Shown: positions 50,712-59,910, numbered from the stretch's first letter. The stretch is 64,000 bases of DNA from Candidatus Polarisedimenticolia bacterium (GCA_036505635.1 DASXTC010000010.1:29107-93106), one strand, 5' to 3'. Notes: a model not told the origin generated them from the letters alone. Numbers and translations: made by a program.

Positions 50712-51685
50712 GGCGGCCCTTCCATGGCCAGCACGTTGCCCCGCCAGCGGATCATCTTGGAGTCGTCGCGATCCACGGCGCCGCCCCCCGGCCGCGCCGC
50801 TCTCTGGTACATCTTCTTGAGGTAGTTGAGCGGCTCGAAGAAGCCGCGCGTGCTCTCGAAGACGCGACGGGACTCGTCGCCCGCGCGCCTGAAGTAGGCC
50901 TCCACGAACGCCGACGCCAGCACCGCGTCCTTGCGGCAGAAGTGGTAGAGCGCGTTGATCAGCTCCTCGGCGAAAGGCTCGTACGCGAGCCTGTGCAGGT
51001 CGACCGGCACGATCCTGCCCTCCGGCGTCAGCACGAAGTTGTGCCGGTTGGCGTCGTTGTGCACGAGATTGTGGGGCGCCAGCGCGGCGATGCTCTCCCG
51101 CCACGAGTCGAACCGCTCCACGACGCGCACGGCCTCATCCTGGGAGAGCCACCCTCGCGACGCCAGCCCCCCAGCCATCCGCCGCGCTCCCGCCAGCGTG
51201 TACGATGTGAAGGAGAGGAACCGCCCACGCACCGGCGCCGATGGCCGCCCCCAGGTCACGCGCGTCACCGCGTGGTAGCTCGCCAGCGTATCGGCCACCT
51301 CGAGCGCCGCCCGGCGCGCCTCCACCGGGTCGGCGAGTCCCGCATGGCGCCGCCCCTCGATCCAGGTCTCCACCGTGATGAAGGGGACCGCGCGCCCCGG
51401 GCCGGGCAGCAGGCGCGCCCGTCGCGCCAGGTCGTGATAGATCAGCCTCGGCGCGGGGAGCCCCACCTCATCGAGGTGTCTCAGCGCCTCCGCGGTGCGG
51501 GCCGCCTGGCCGTGATGGGCGAAGGCCCGCATCAAAAGCGGCGGCATCCCCTCGGCGCGTATCAGGAACAGGGAGGATCGGGTCCCGCCCTCGGGGGGCG
51601 GCGAAACATCGAAGGGGCGCCCGGTGATCCCCATCGAAGGAAGGATCGAGCCCGAGACGTAGTCGCGCGCCGCATCGGGATTCAC
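50708..51685 (-). CDS. Aminoglycoside/choline-kinase-like (APH-fold) phosphotransferase
   Basis: GTG overlaps the PAP2 stop; GGTRSSLF, VHNDANRHN, VDLH. Confidence 0.75.
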   Translation of the reverse strand: MNPDAARDYVSGSILPSMGITGRPFDVSPPPEGGTRSSLFLIRAEGMPPLLMRAFAHHGQAARTAEALRHLDEVGLPAPRLIYHDLARRARLLPGPGRAVPFITVETWIEGRRHAGLADPVEARRAALEVADTLASYHAVTRVTWGRPSAPVRGRFLSFTSYTLAGARRMAGGLASRGWLSQDEAVRVVERFDSWRESIAALAPHNLVHNDANRHNFVLTPEGRIVPVDLHRLAYEPFAEELINALYHFCRKDAVLASAFVEAYFRRAGDESRRVFESTRGFFEPLNYLKKMYQRAARPGGGAVDRDDSKMIRWRGNVLAMEGPP

Positions 51686-52575
51686 AGTCTCACCGAGAAG
51701 AGCACGGAGGCGCCTCCCGGGATCGGGGCCACCGACCTGAGGGTCACGCGTCGTTCGGGACGCTCCGGCCTGTGGTGGGCCTTGTAGAACCCGCGGCCGA
51801 TCAGGATGCCGGCGGCGGCTCCCGCCACCACGTCGGTGAGGTAGTGCTCGTCTTCCTCGAGACGCGAGTAGCCGACGTAGGCAGCGTAGCAGTAGAAGCC
51901 CAGAAACGAGGCGACGCGCGCCCCTCGGCTCCTCACCCTTCCCGCCACGATCGCGTCGGCGTACGACATCAGGGCGAACTGCCGCGACGTGGACCCCGAG
52001 TAGAACGACTGGTGGTTCGTCCGCTTGGCCTCCTCTTCCTCCTTTTCGGCGGCGGTCAGATCGTCCCGCTCGTCGATGAATTCGATCTCGGGGCGCTGCC
52101 TGCCGACGATGTTCTTGACCAGTCCGCTCGCCCCCTTGTCGAAGAACCAGACCTCGACGAACCCCGTCGTGTCGTCGGCGATGAAGCGGCCGGAACGCTC
52201 CCGCCCCAGGTTCGAGAGGATGGCGGCTCCAAGCGACAGCGCGGCGCCTATCCGCGCCCGGTGCTCGAGGAGGAAGCTCTTCGTGGGCCCGGATGAGAGC
52301 CCTTGCCGCACCCACCGATCGATCCACGGTGGATCGGAGAAGAGGAGAGGATGGGTGGAGACGCCCACCTGGTCTTCGTACTGGGTGTCGGCATAGCTGG
52401 TCCCGAAGGCGGTGACCCAGTGAAGCAGGTGCCGCCTGAAGTACCCCTTCTCGCTCGACGAGCCCGACGAGTCCGCCGGAGAGGCCGGCGGCGTCTCCTC
52501 CTCCGCGCCGGCGCCCCGCGGATCCAGGGGGGCCATGAGGATCGTCATCAGAACGAGGGCGCGGACCGGCTTCAA
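51682..52575 (-). CDS. PAP2-family phosphatase-like exported/membrane protein
   Basis: Signal peptide (TTG 52575 inferred); KNIVGRQRP, FYSGS, SRLEEDEHYLTDV. Confidence 0.8.
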   Translation of the reverse strand: MKPVRALVLMTILMAPLDPRGAGAEEETPPASPADSSGSSSEKGYFRRHLLHWVTAFGTSYADTQYEDQVGVSTHPLLFSDPPWIDRWVRQGLSSGPTKSFLLEHRARIGAALSLGAAILSNLGRERSGRFIADDTTGFVEVWFFDKGASGLVKNIVGRQRPEIEFIDERDDLTAAEKEEEEAKRTNHQSFYSGSTSRQFALMSYADAIVAGRVRSRGARVASFLGFYCYAAYVGYSRLEEDEHYLTDVVAGAAAGILIGRGFYKAHHRPERPERRVTLRSVAPIPGGASVLFSVRL

Positions 52576-52586
52576 AGGAGACCCCG

Positions 52587-52595
52587 TGATATAAT
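52587..52595 (+). promoter_or_regulatory. Extended -10 promoter (TGnTATAAT) for the GT4-ABC-kinase-RtcB-like-GT4 operon
   Basis: tgatataat in the divergent intergenic gap. Confidence 0.6.
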
Positions 52596-52661
52596 GCGGC
52601 GTCTTACCGAGGCGCCGCGAAGTCCCGGCCGATGAATCAATTAGCGCATACTCTATCACCG

Positions 52662-53858
52662 ATGAAGCCCTTGAGGATCCTTCATACCGACTTCCATGTC
52701 GGGTGGGGCGGCCAGGCCGCCCGGGTGCTGATGCTCTCCAGGGAGCTGGCGCTCAGGGGCCACCACGTCACGATCGCAGCGCCGCCCGGAGAGCTGACCC
52801 GCCGCGCCGGCGAGATCGCGCTCGAGACTCCCGGCCTTACGGTTGCGGATCGCTTCGCCTTCAGGGCGCCAGGGCACGTCCTGTCGTTCGCGCGTGACTG
52901 CCGCCGGATGAAGGAGCTTCTGTCGCGCGGCGACTTCGACATCGTGGACGTTCACGGCTCGCAGGACACCTGGGTGACGGCGATCGTCAGGCTCCTCACG
53001 GGCCTACCGCGCCGGCTCGTGATGACGCGCCACAACACCAAACGCGTGCGCACGGGGCTTCCCAACCGGAGGCTCTACGGCCGCCTGATCGACCACCTGA
53101 TCATCGTGGATGAGAGCATCAGGCTGCAGTACGCGCCTTTGCTCGCCGGCGGCATCCTGGCGAGCGACATGATCTCGGTGGTGCCGTCGGCCTACAGGGC
53201 CGACCTGTTCCACGAAAGGGTCAGTGGCACCCGCGTGAGGCGGGAGCTTGGCATCCCCGAAGGGGATCCGGTGGTGGGTGTGGCGGGGCGCCTCGTCACC
53301 GACAAGGGGCACATCCACCTGATGAAGGCGGCCTGCGAGCTCAAGCCCTACCTCCCGGGGCTCGTGCTGGTCTTCGCGGGGACCGGCCCCAATGAAGCAC
53401 GGCTCCGCAGCCAGGCGGACGAGCTCGGTCTGTCCGCCTCGGTTCGCTTTCTGGGCTTCCGCTCCGACGTCGCCGAGGTCCAGGCCGCGTTTGACGTCGC
53501 GGTCCTGCCGTCGGTGGGATGCGACGCCTCATCGGCCGCAATCAAGGAGGCGATGGCCCTGGGAGTCCCCGTGGTCGCGTCGGACATCGGCGGCGCGCGG
53601 CACATCATCAGGGATGGAGTCACCGGGATCATCGTGAGGCCGGGCCGGCCCGAGGATCTCGTCTCGGCGCTGAGGACGCTGCTCGACGATCGCGGCAGCG
53701 CCCGCGCGATGGCGGAGCGCGCCCGCGAGGACGTGGCGCGGCGCTTCTCTCTCGACCGGCTGACCGGCCAGACTCTCGACGCCTACGCGGCGGCGCTGGC
53801 GGCCCGAAAGCGCGCGCGCCGGCACGAGGCGGCGCTGCCCGCGGGGAAGACGGCATGA
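52662..53858 (+). CDS. Family 4 glycosyltransferase
   Basis: ILHTDFHVGWGG, VHGSQD, GRLVTDKGH, FLGFRSDV, IKEAMALGVPVVASDIGG; start 52662 or 52632. Confidence 0.92.
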   Translation: MKPLRILHTDFHVGWGGQAARVLMLSRELALRGHHVTIAAPPGELTRRAGEIALETPGLTVADRFAFRAPGHVLSFARDCRRMKELLSRGDFDIVDVHGSQDTWVTAIVRLLTGLPRRLVMTRHNTKRVRTGLPNRRLYGRLIDHLIIVDESIRLQYAPLLAGGILASDMISVVPSAYRADLFHERVSGTRVRRELGIPEGDPVVGVAGRLVTDKGHIHLMKAACELKPYLPGLVLVFAGTGPNEARLRSQADELGLSASVRFLGFRSDVAEVQAAFDVAVLPSVGCDASSAAIKEAMALGVPVVASDIGGARHIIRDGVTGIIVRPGRPEDLVSALRTLLDDRGSARAMAERAREDVARRFSLDRLTGQTLDAYAAALAARKRARRHEAALPAGKTA

Positions 53859-56059
53859 AGCTCTACCGGCGGATGCTGACCTACCTGTGGCCCTACAAGC
53901 TGCGCGTCGCGCAGGTTCTCCTGCTGTCGATCCTCACGGCGGCCCTCTCGATCGGGTCGCTGGGTGCGATGAAGCCGCTCTTCGACACGCTTTTTGCGGG
54001 AGAGGAGGCCGACCTCAAGGTCGGCCTGCACGTGCTCGACTCGCGCGGGCACAAGGTCGAGGGCCTGCGGGTCCGCCCGAAGATGCCGGAAGGATGGCGC
54101 GGCCGGCTGGGGCGCGACTGGAGGATCTTCGAGGACGACACGCTCGTGCTCGAAGGGTTCCGCAAGGAGCGCACCGTCACGATCCCCATCATCCTGAAGA
54201 ACCGCCGGGACCTCGTCTACGACGGGCTGCATCTGGAGGCGGAGGGGGCCGGCAAGGGGTGGAGCGCCGCGGTCGAGATGCCGCCCGGGTTCGAGACCGC
54301 CCGTCTGATGCCGCAGGAGGAGATCACCGCCCAGCTCATCCTGACCCCTGAGACGGGGCATCACCTCTTCTCGGGCCCCTTCTGGAAGAAGCCGGGCCCC
54401 AAGAGGGTCGCCGACTGGGCCCAGGACAAGATCTTCGGCAACAAGTACAAGGCGTTGTTCGTCATCTCGGGTCTCATCCTGATCACGACGCTTCTCAAGA
54501 GCCTCTGCTTCTACAGCAAGTCGTTCTGGTCCAACTGGCTCTCCAAGCGCGCCATGACCGACCTGCGGCAGCAGCTCTTCGACGCGCTGATCAGCCAGTC
54601 GGTCAACTACTTCGACAAACGCAAGTCAGGGGTCATCATCTCCAAGTTCACCAACTCGCTCAACCAGATGCAGAAGGGGATGACCGCCATCCTCTCCGAG
54701 ATCATCACCGAGCCCCTGATGGTGGTCGGCGCGCTCACCCTGGCCTTCTCGATCAACTTCCAGCTCGCGCTCATCGGGATCCTGATCTTCCCGCTCAACT
54801 GGCTGGTGATCCTCGTGACGGGCAAGCTGATCCGGCGTTCCACCGACCGCTCGCTGCGTCAAAGGGCGAACATGGTTCAGATGCTCCAGCGCAGCATCGA
54901 CGGGATCCGGATCGTGAAGGCATTCGTCATGGAGGACCGCGCGCGCGAGGGGTTCGCCGAGGCCAACGACCAGGCCTTCCGCTACGACATGAGGGGCGCG
55001 CGGGCCAAGTCGATGCTCCAGCCAGTCGTGGAGATCTTCTCCGCCGGCTTCGTCATCATCTTCCTGCTCCTGGGGGGCGTGTCGGTGCTCCGAGGCGAGA
55101 TGACCCCTGGCGACTTCATCACGTTCTACGCCGGCATGGTGGCCTGTTACAGCCCGATCAAGAAGCTCAACAACGCCATCACCGAGATCCAGGAGAGCGT
55201 GAGCGGCGCTGCCGACGTCTTCGCCGAAGTGGACCGCGTGCCCGAGCTGGCCGACGCGCCCGACGCCGTCCCCCTGGTCCCGTTCGCCGACCGGATCGAG
55301 ATGAAGAACGTGTCGTTCCACTACGAGCATCCGGCCCCCGTGCTGCGCGACGTGAGCGTCCGGATCAACAAAGGTGAGTTCGTGGCGCTGGTGGGACCCT
55401 CCGGAGCGGGCAAGTCGACCTTCGTGAACCTGATCCCCCGCTTCTACGACGTGAAGTCGGGTTCGATCGAGATGGACGGGGTGGACATCCGGTCCGTGAC
55501 GCTCGAGTCGCTGCGGCGTCAGATCGGCTTCGTGACGCAGGAGCCGATCCTCTTCCACGACACGATCGCGGCCAACATCGCCTTCGGCGAGAGAGACGCC
55601 ACGCCGGAGCAGATCGAGGCGGCGGCCCGGACCGCCCACGCCCACGAGTTCATCAAGGATCTGACGAAGGGTTACGAGACCGTGGTGGGCGATCGCGGCG
55701 TGATGCTTTCGGGCGGCCAGAGGCAGCGCATCGCGCTGGCGCGCGCCGTGATGCGCAACCCGGCGATCCTCCTGCTCGACGAGCCGACCTCCTCGCTCGA
55801 CACCGAGAGCGAGCGCCTGATCCAGGACGCCATGGACCAGTTCGTCCACGGACGCACCACCATCGTCATCGCGCACCGGCTTTCGACGATCCTGCACGCG
55901 GACCGGATCCTCGTCATGGACCAGGGGCGTCTCGTGGAGGCCGGCACCCACCTGGAGCTGCTCGCGCACGGCGGGGTCTACCGGCGCCTCTACGAGATCC
56001 AGTTCCGCGACCAGACGGAGCCCGGCGGGATCCCGGCGGTCCGGCGCCAGCCGGCATGA
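53855..56059 (+). CDS. MsbA-like ABC exporter with a large extracytoplasmic insertion
   Basis: ATGA overlap with the GT4 gene; six-TM ABC membrane domain; GPSGAGKST, LSGGQRQR, LLDEPTS, IAHRLST. Confidence 0.92.
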   Translation: MKLYRRMLTYLWPYKLRVAQVLLLSILTAALSIGSLGAMKPLFDTLFAGEEADLKVGLHVLDSRGHKVEGLRVRPKMPEGWRGRLGRDWRIFEDDTLVLEGFRKERTVTIPIILKNRRDLVYDGLHLEAEGAGKGWSAAVEMPPGFETARLMPQEEITAQLILTPETGHHLFSGPFWKKPGPKRVADWAQDKIFGNKYKALFVISGLILITTLLKSLCFYSKSFWSNWLSKRAMTDLRQQLFDALISQSVNYFDKRKSGVIISKFTNSLNQMQKGMTAILSEIITEPLMVVGALTLAFSINFQLALIGILIFPLNWLVILVTGKLIRRSTDRSLRQRANMVQMLQRSIDGIRIVKAFVMEDRAREGFAEANDQAFRYDMRGARAKSMLQPVVEIFSAGFVIIFLLLGGVSVLRGEMTPGDFITFYAGMVACYSPIKKLNNAITEIQESVSGAADVFAEVDRVPELADAPDAVPLVPFADRIEMKNVSFHYEHPAPVLRDVSVRINKGEFVALVGPSGAGKSTFVNLIPRFYDVKSGSIEMDGVDIRSVTLESLRRQIGFVTQEPILFHDTIAANIAFGERDATPEQIEAAARTAHAHEFIKDLTKGYETVVGDRGVMLSGGQRQRIALARAVMRNPAILLLDEPTSSLDTESERLIQDAMDQFVHGRTTIVIAHRLSTILHADRILVMDQGRLVEAGTHLELLAHGGVYRRLYEIQFRDQTEPGGIPAVRRQPA

Positions 56060-57189
56060 GGGATCTCCACTTCGATCTGCATGGTCTCTCCGTCTCCATC
56101 CGCGTGGAGGACCACGACCTGCGCGATTTCATCAAGGAGCATTTCCAGACGGAGAAGGGAGCCAATCCCGAGGCCGAGCTGTCGATCAAGGCGGTGTGGC
56201 GCTGGGGCGCTCGCGCGCCGGTCGCGCCGCCGGGCCCGGGCAAGGGGCCGGCCGTCATCGAGAGGCTGGGCCGCGGGGTGTCGCTGGCCCGGGGCCGCGA
56301 CGAGGCGGGGGGCGGCGACGGGCTGCGCGCGGTCTGGACGAAGGTGCCGGACTTCCCCGAGCTGACGCTCGCCTTCGAGATGGAGGGAGGCCCAGGCGGC
56401 CGCCTGAAGGTGGAGGCCGACTGCGCCTACCAGCCGAAAGGGATGGCTCGGAGGATCGAGTACCTCAGGCCGAGCCGGGCGGACAAGAAACGCAACCGAC
56501 TCTTCTTCAAGCTGATGTACTTCATGGTCTATTACCCGATGGCCTGGACCTTCGAGCGAACGCGCGGCTGGGGTCTGCTGCACGCGTCGGCCGTGGCGAT
56601 GCCTTCGGGCCAGGCGATCATTCTCTCGGGGCTGGGGGGCGTGGGCAAGTCCACGCTGGGGCTCTCCCTACTGGCCCGGCCGGGCGTGCGCTTCCTGTCG
56701 GACAACCTGATCTTCCACGACGAGGAGAGGATCTACGCCTGCCCCGAGCCGGTGAGGCTCGACGCGGCGGCCGTGGCCGGCATGGCCGAAGGAGGGATGG
56801 AGCCGGAGCGCACGAAGCTCCCGGCATCGGCTCACCCGAAGCCGACCTACCGCGTGGTCGCGGCGAGGCGCGCCGACGCGGCGGCACCCGGGGCCATCTA
56901 CTTCCTCCGCTTCGCGCAGCGATCCGGCGTAACGCGGATCGATGCACGGAGGGCCGCCGCGATACTGGCTGCCGGCAACGACCTGGCTCGCGAGATCAAG
57001 GATTACCGCCCCACCTCGGCCCTGCTGTCGATCCTGGCGGCCGAGAGGGATCGGCCCGACCCGGCCGGGCGGTCCAATCTCGCCAGGCTGCTGGCGCCGG
57101 CTCGCTGCGCCATCTTCCGGATCGGCGAGCGGGAGAAGATCACGGACACCGCGGCCCGGCTTGCCGACGAGCTGGAAGAGGCCCGGTGA
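56056..57189 (+). CDS. HprK-related P-loop kinase
   Basis: ATGA overlap; LLHASAV, SGLGGVGKST, FLSDN. Confidence 0.75.
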   Translation: MRDLHFDLHGLSVSIRVEDHDLRDFIKEHFQTEKGANPEAELSIKAVWRWGARAPVAPPGPGKGPAVIERLGRGVSLARGRDEAGGGDGLRAVWTKVPDFPELTLAFEMEGGPGGRLKVEADCAYQPKGMARRIEYLRPSRADKKRNRLFFKLMYFMVYYPMAWTFERTRGWGLLHASAVAMPSGQAIILSGLGGVGKSTLGLSLLARPGVRFLSDNLIFHDEERIYACPEPVRLDAAAVAGMAEGGMEPERTKLPASAHPKPTYRVVAARRADAAAPGAIYFLRFAQRSGVTRIDARRAAAILAAGNDLAREIKDYRPTSALLSILAAERDRPDPAGRSNLARLLAPARCAIFRIGEREKITDTAARLADELEEAR

Positions 57190-58676
57190 GCGCGCCGCCC
57201 GGTGAAAACGCGGTGATGGCGATACCGCGGATGGTCGAGGACGCGCACCACCGGCCGGGGCTCGGTGTGCGGCTCTACGCGGGGCCCCGCTCCGCCCCGG
57301 AGCCCGCGGTCCTGCAGCGGCTCCTCTCGGTGTCGCGCCTCCCCTGGGTGGCCCGGCCCGTGGTGGCGCTGCCGGATCTCCACTGGAAGGATCGCCTCGA
57401 GACCCCCTCGAGCACCGCCATCGCCACGCGCTCGGAGATCGTGCTGTCGTTCTCCAGCCCATCGCAGAACTGTGGAATGAACCTGCTGGCCACGCCGTTC
57501 ACGGAGAAGGACCTGTCGGACGGTTTTGTCGACGGATTGATGCGGGACCTGCGCGACGGGATCCCGAGGCGACGGCGCAACGCGGCCCTGGCGGCCGACG
57601 AGGTGATCGAGTTCTGCCGGAAGGGGGCGCCGGCCGCCGCCAGGCGCTTCGGGCTCGACCCTGATCTTTGCGCCCCCATGGAGGCAGGCGGCAACACGCT
57701 GGCCGGCGAGGAGCCCTCGCGCGAGGAGCTGATGAGCGTCGTGGACCAGCGCGCCATCGAGATGGGACGCTTCTCGTTCGCCTACATCGGCGGGGGAAAC
57801 CACTTCCTCGAGCTCCAGGTGGTTTCGGAGATCTTCGACGCCGAGGCGTGCCGGGCCATGGGCCTGGAGAAGGGACAGCTCGTCGCGATGTTTCACACCG
57901 GCTCCGAGCGGCTCGGCCACGACCTGGGAAGGCTCTACTCGTGGCGGCGCAAGACCGACCCGGGCAGACGCCGCAAGCTCTTCTGGAGAAAGGTTCGGCT
58001 CCATCTGCTCCAGGAAGCCATGGGCCTGACGGCCCTGCGGCGCCGTTGGGGCTATCACTTCACCAAGCAGGACTACGTCGCGGTTCCGGCCGACTCGCCC
58101 GAGGGGCGCCGTCTCGCGCTGACGCTGAAGCTAGCCGCCAACTACGGGTACGCCAACCGGATGGCGGTGACCGGACTGATTCAGGAGGCGATGAGGCGGA
58201 CCTCAGGCCAGCACGGCCTGCGCCTCCGGATCGTCGCGGACCTCTCGCACAATACGATCATTCACGAGAAGATCGGGGACCAGCGACTCTGGGTCCACCG
58301 CCACAACGCCGCGCGCGCGGTGGGCCCGGCCGGGCTGCCGCTCGATCATCCGTACCGTTCGATCGGCCAGCCGGTGATGGTGCCCGGGACGAACCGGACA
58401 TCCTCCTACGTGGTCGTGGCTCGGGACGGGGCCGAGGCGTCGCTCAACTCGATGGACCATGGCGCCGGGCGCACCGTCCAGCGATTCGAGAATGCCGGGC
58501 TGCTCGCCCCGCGCCCCGACAGGGTCACGCGCAAGTACGATTACGCGTCCACCGGTCCGCAGATCCTCGCCCACCTGTCGGACGATGCGGTCGATGAGGT
58601 GATGTCGGTCGCGCAAGCCGGTGGGATCGCGGCGCCCGCGGCGCGACTGCGGCCCGTGGCCGTTCTGAAGGCCTGA
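57186..58676 (+). CDS. Divergent RtcB-family (RNA-ligase fold) protein
   Basis: GTGA overlap; ALPDLH, QNCGM, GGGNHFLELQ, FHTGS, ANYGYANR, SHN, WVHR, PGTNRTSSY, HGAGR, RLRPVAVLKA. Confidence 0.85.
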   Translation: MSAPPGENAVMAIPRMVEDAHHRPGLGVRLYAGPRSAPEPAVLQRLLSVSRLPWVARPVVALPDLHWKDRLETPSSTAIATRSEIVLSFSSPSQNCGMNLLATPFTEKDLSDGFVDGLMRDLRDGIPRRRRNAALAADEVIEFCRKGAPAAARRFGLDPDLCAPMEAGGNTLAGEEPSREELMSVVDQRAIEMGRFSFAYIGGGNHFLELQVVSEIFDAEACRAMGLEKGQLVAMFHTGSERLGHDLGRLYSWRRKTDPGRRRKLFWRKVRLHLLQEAMGLTALRRRWGYHFTKQDYVAVPADSPEGRRLALTLKLAANYGYANRMAVTGLIQEAMRRTSGQHGLRLRIVADLSHNTIIHEKIGDQRLWVHRHNAARAVGPAGLPLDHPYRSIGQPVMVPGTNRTSSYVVVARDGAEASLNSMDHGAGRTVQRFENAGLLAPRPDRVTRKYDYASTGPQILAHLSDDAVDEVMSVAQAGGIAAPAARLRPVAVLKA

Positions 58677-58677
58677 C

Positions 58678-59910
58678 GTGAGGGTCGCCTACGTGGCCAA
58701 CCGTTTCCCCCGATGGGGAGGCGGGTGGGTCCTCAACGAAGTGCGGGGGCTCCAGGGCGCCGGGATAGATCTCGACATCTACTCCTTCAGACGCCCGTTC
58801 GATGACGTGGCGTCGCAGCCGGGGATGCGCGAGTGGATCGGGCGCACCAGCTACGTCCCCCGCGGGTCCTCGCTCGCCTGCTGGACCGCCGCGCTTTACT
58901 GCCTCGTCCGGTCCCCGCTGGGGTTCGCCCGCGGCATCGCGACCGCGCTGCGGCTCGGAGGCCGCATGGCGCGCGGGGGGCACATCCTGGAGGTCTTCTT
59001 CCTGGCCTCCCGCATCCGGCGCTCGAAGGCGCTTCACATCCACGCTCAGCACGCCGACTATCTGGCCGACGCGGCGATGGCCGCGGCCGCCTGCCTGAAA
59101 CTTCCTTTCTCGCTCACCGGTCACGCCAACGATCTCTACACCAACCCCGGCCGTCTGGCCGAAAAGGTCTCCACGGCGCGCTTCATCGCCACCTGCACCG
59201 GGTTCAACGAGACCCATCTCAAGGGGATCCTCGGGCCGGCCGGCGCCGCGAAGGTGGCGCGCGTCTATCACGGCGTCGACCTGGCGCGCTTCGTCCCGCG
59301 CGCGGCCGGCGCCCCGGCCCCTCCCGCCGGCCGGCTCGTCACCGTCACGCGGCTCAAAGAGAAGAAGGGGTTCCCATACCTGCTCGAGGCGCTTCAGATC
59401 CTCCAGGGCCGCGGCCTCGACTTCACGCTGGAGATCTACGGTGACGGTGATCAGAGTGACGCGATCGGGGCGAGGATCCGCGAGCTGGGGCTGGAAGGAA
59501 GGGTGTCGCTCAGGGGAACCATCGATCACGACAAGATCCCCGGCGTGCTGGCTGGGGCGGGCCTCTTCGTGCTGCCGTGCGTCGTCCTGGCGAACCAGGA
59601 CCGCGACGGGATCCCCAATACGATCATCGAGGCCCTGGCATCGGGCGTCCCGGTGGTCTCCACAGCGATCTCGGGGATCCCTGAGGCCGTGCTCGACGGG
59701 CGGAGCGGGCTTCTGGCGCCGGAGCGCGACGCCCCGGCCCTCGCCGACGCGCTCGAAAGGATGATGCGGGACCACGGACTGCGAGAGCGCTGCGCGGTGG
59801 AAGGGCGGCGCGTGGCGGAATCGCACTTCAGTATCGCGGCTTCGGGGCGCGCGCTTGCCGACCTCTTCCGTCTCTCCGCGACCCCGCCTACCCGGCCGGA
59901 CGGGCGCTGA
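58678..59910 (+). CDS. Family 4 glycosyltransferase (WcaL-like)
   Basis: GTG 1 nt after the RtcB-like stop; VAYVANRFP, HIHAQH, TGHAND, RLKEKKG, RDGIPNTIIEALASG. Confidence 0.9.
   Translation: MRVAYVANRFPRWGGGWVLNEVRGLQGAGIDLDIYSFRRPFDDVASQPGMREWIGRTSYVPRGSSLACWTAALYCLVRSPLGFARGIATALRLGGRMARGGHILEVFFLASRIRRSKALHIHAQHADYLADAAMAAAACLKLPFSLTGHANDLYTNPGRLAEKVSTARFIATCTGFNETHLKGILGPAGAAKVARVYHGVDLARFVPRAAGAPAPPAGRLVTVTRLKEKKGFPYLLEALQILQGRGLDFTLEIYGDGDQSDAIGARIRELGLEGRVSLRGTIDHDKIPGVLAGAGLFVLPCVVLANQDRDGIPNTIIEALASGVPVVSTAISGIPEAVLDGRSGLLAPERDAPALADALERMMRDHGLRERCAVEGRRVAESHFSIAASGRALADLFRLSATPPTRPDGR

Noticed and set aside
56196-57185. Apparent 330-aa N-terminal extension of the RtcB-like protein
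   Set aside because: Alternate frame of the kinase gene; the GTGA overlap at 57186 gives an RtcB-sized 496-aa protein.
57186-58676. Canonical rtcBA RNA-repair operon
   Set aside because: No rtcA, rtcR, TROVE/Ro or archease; active-site substitutions and glycan-gene coupling argue against it, though RNA ligase activity cannot be excluded from sequence alone.
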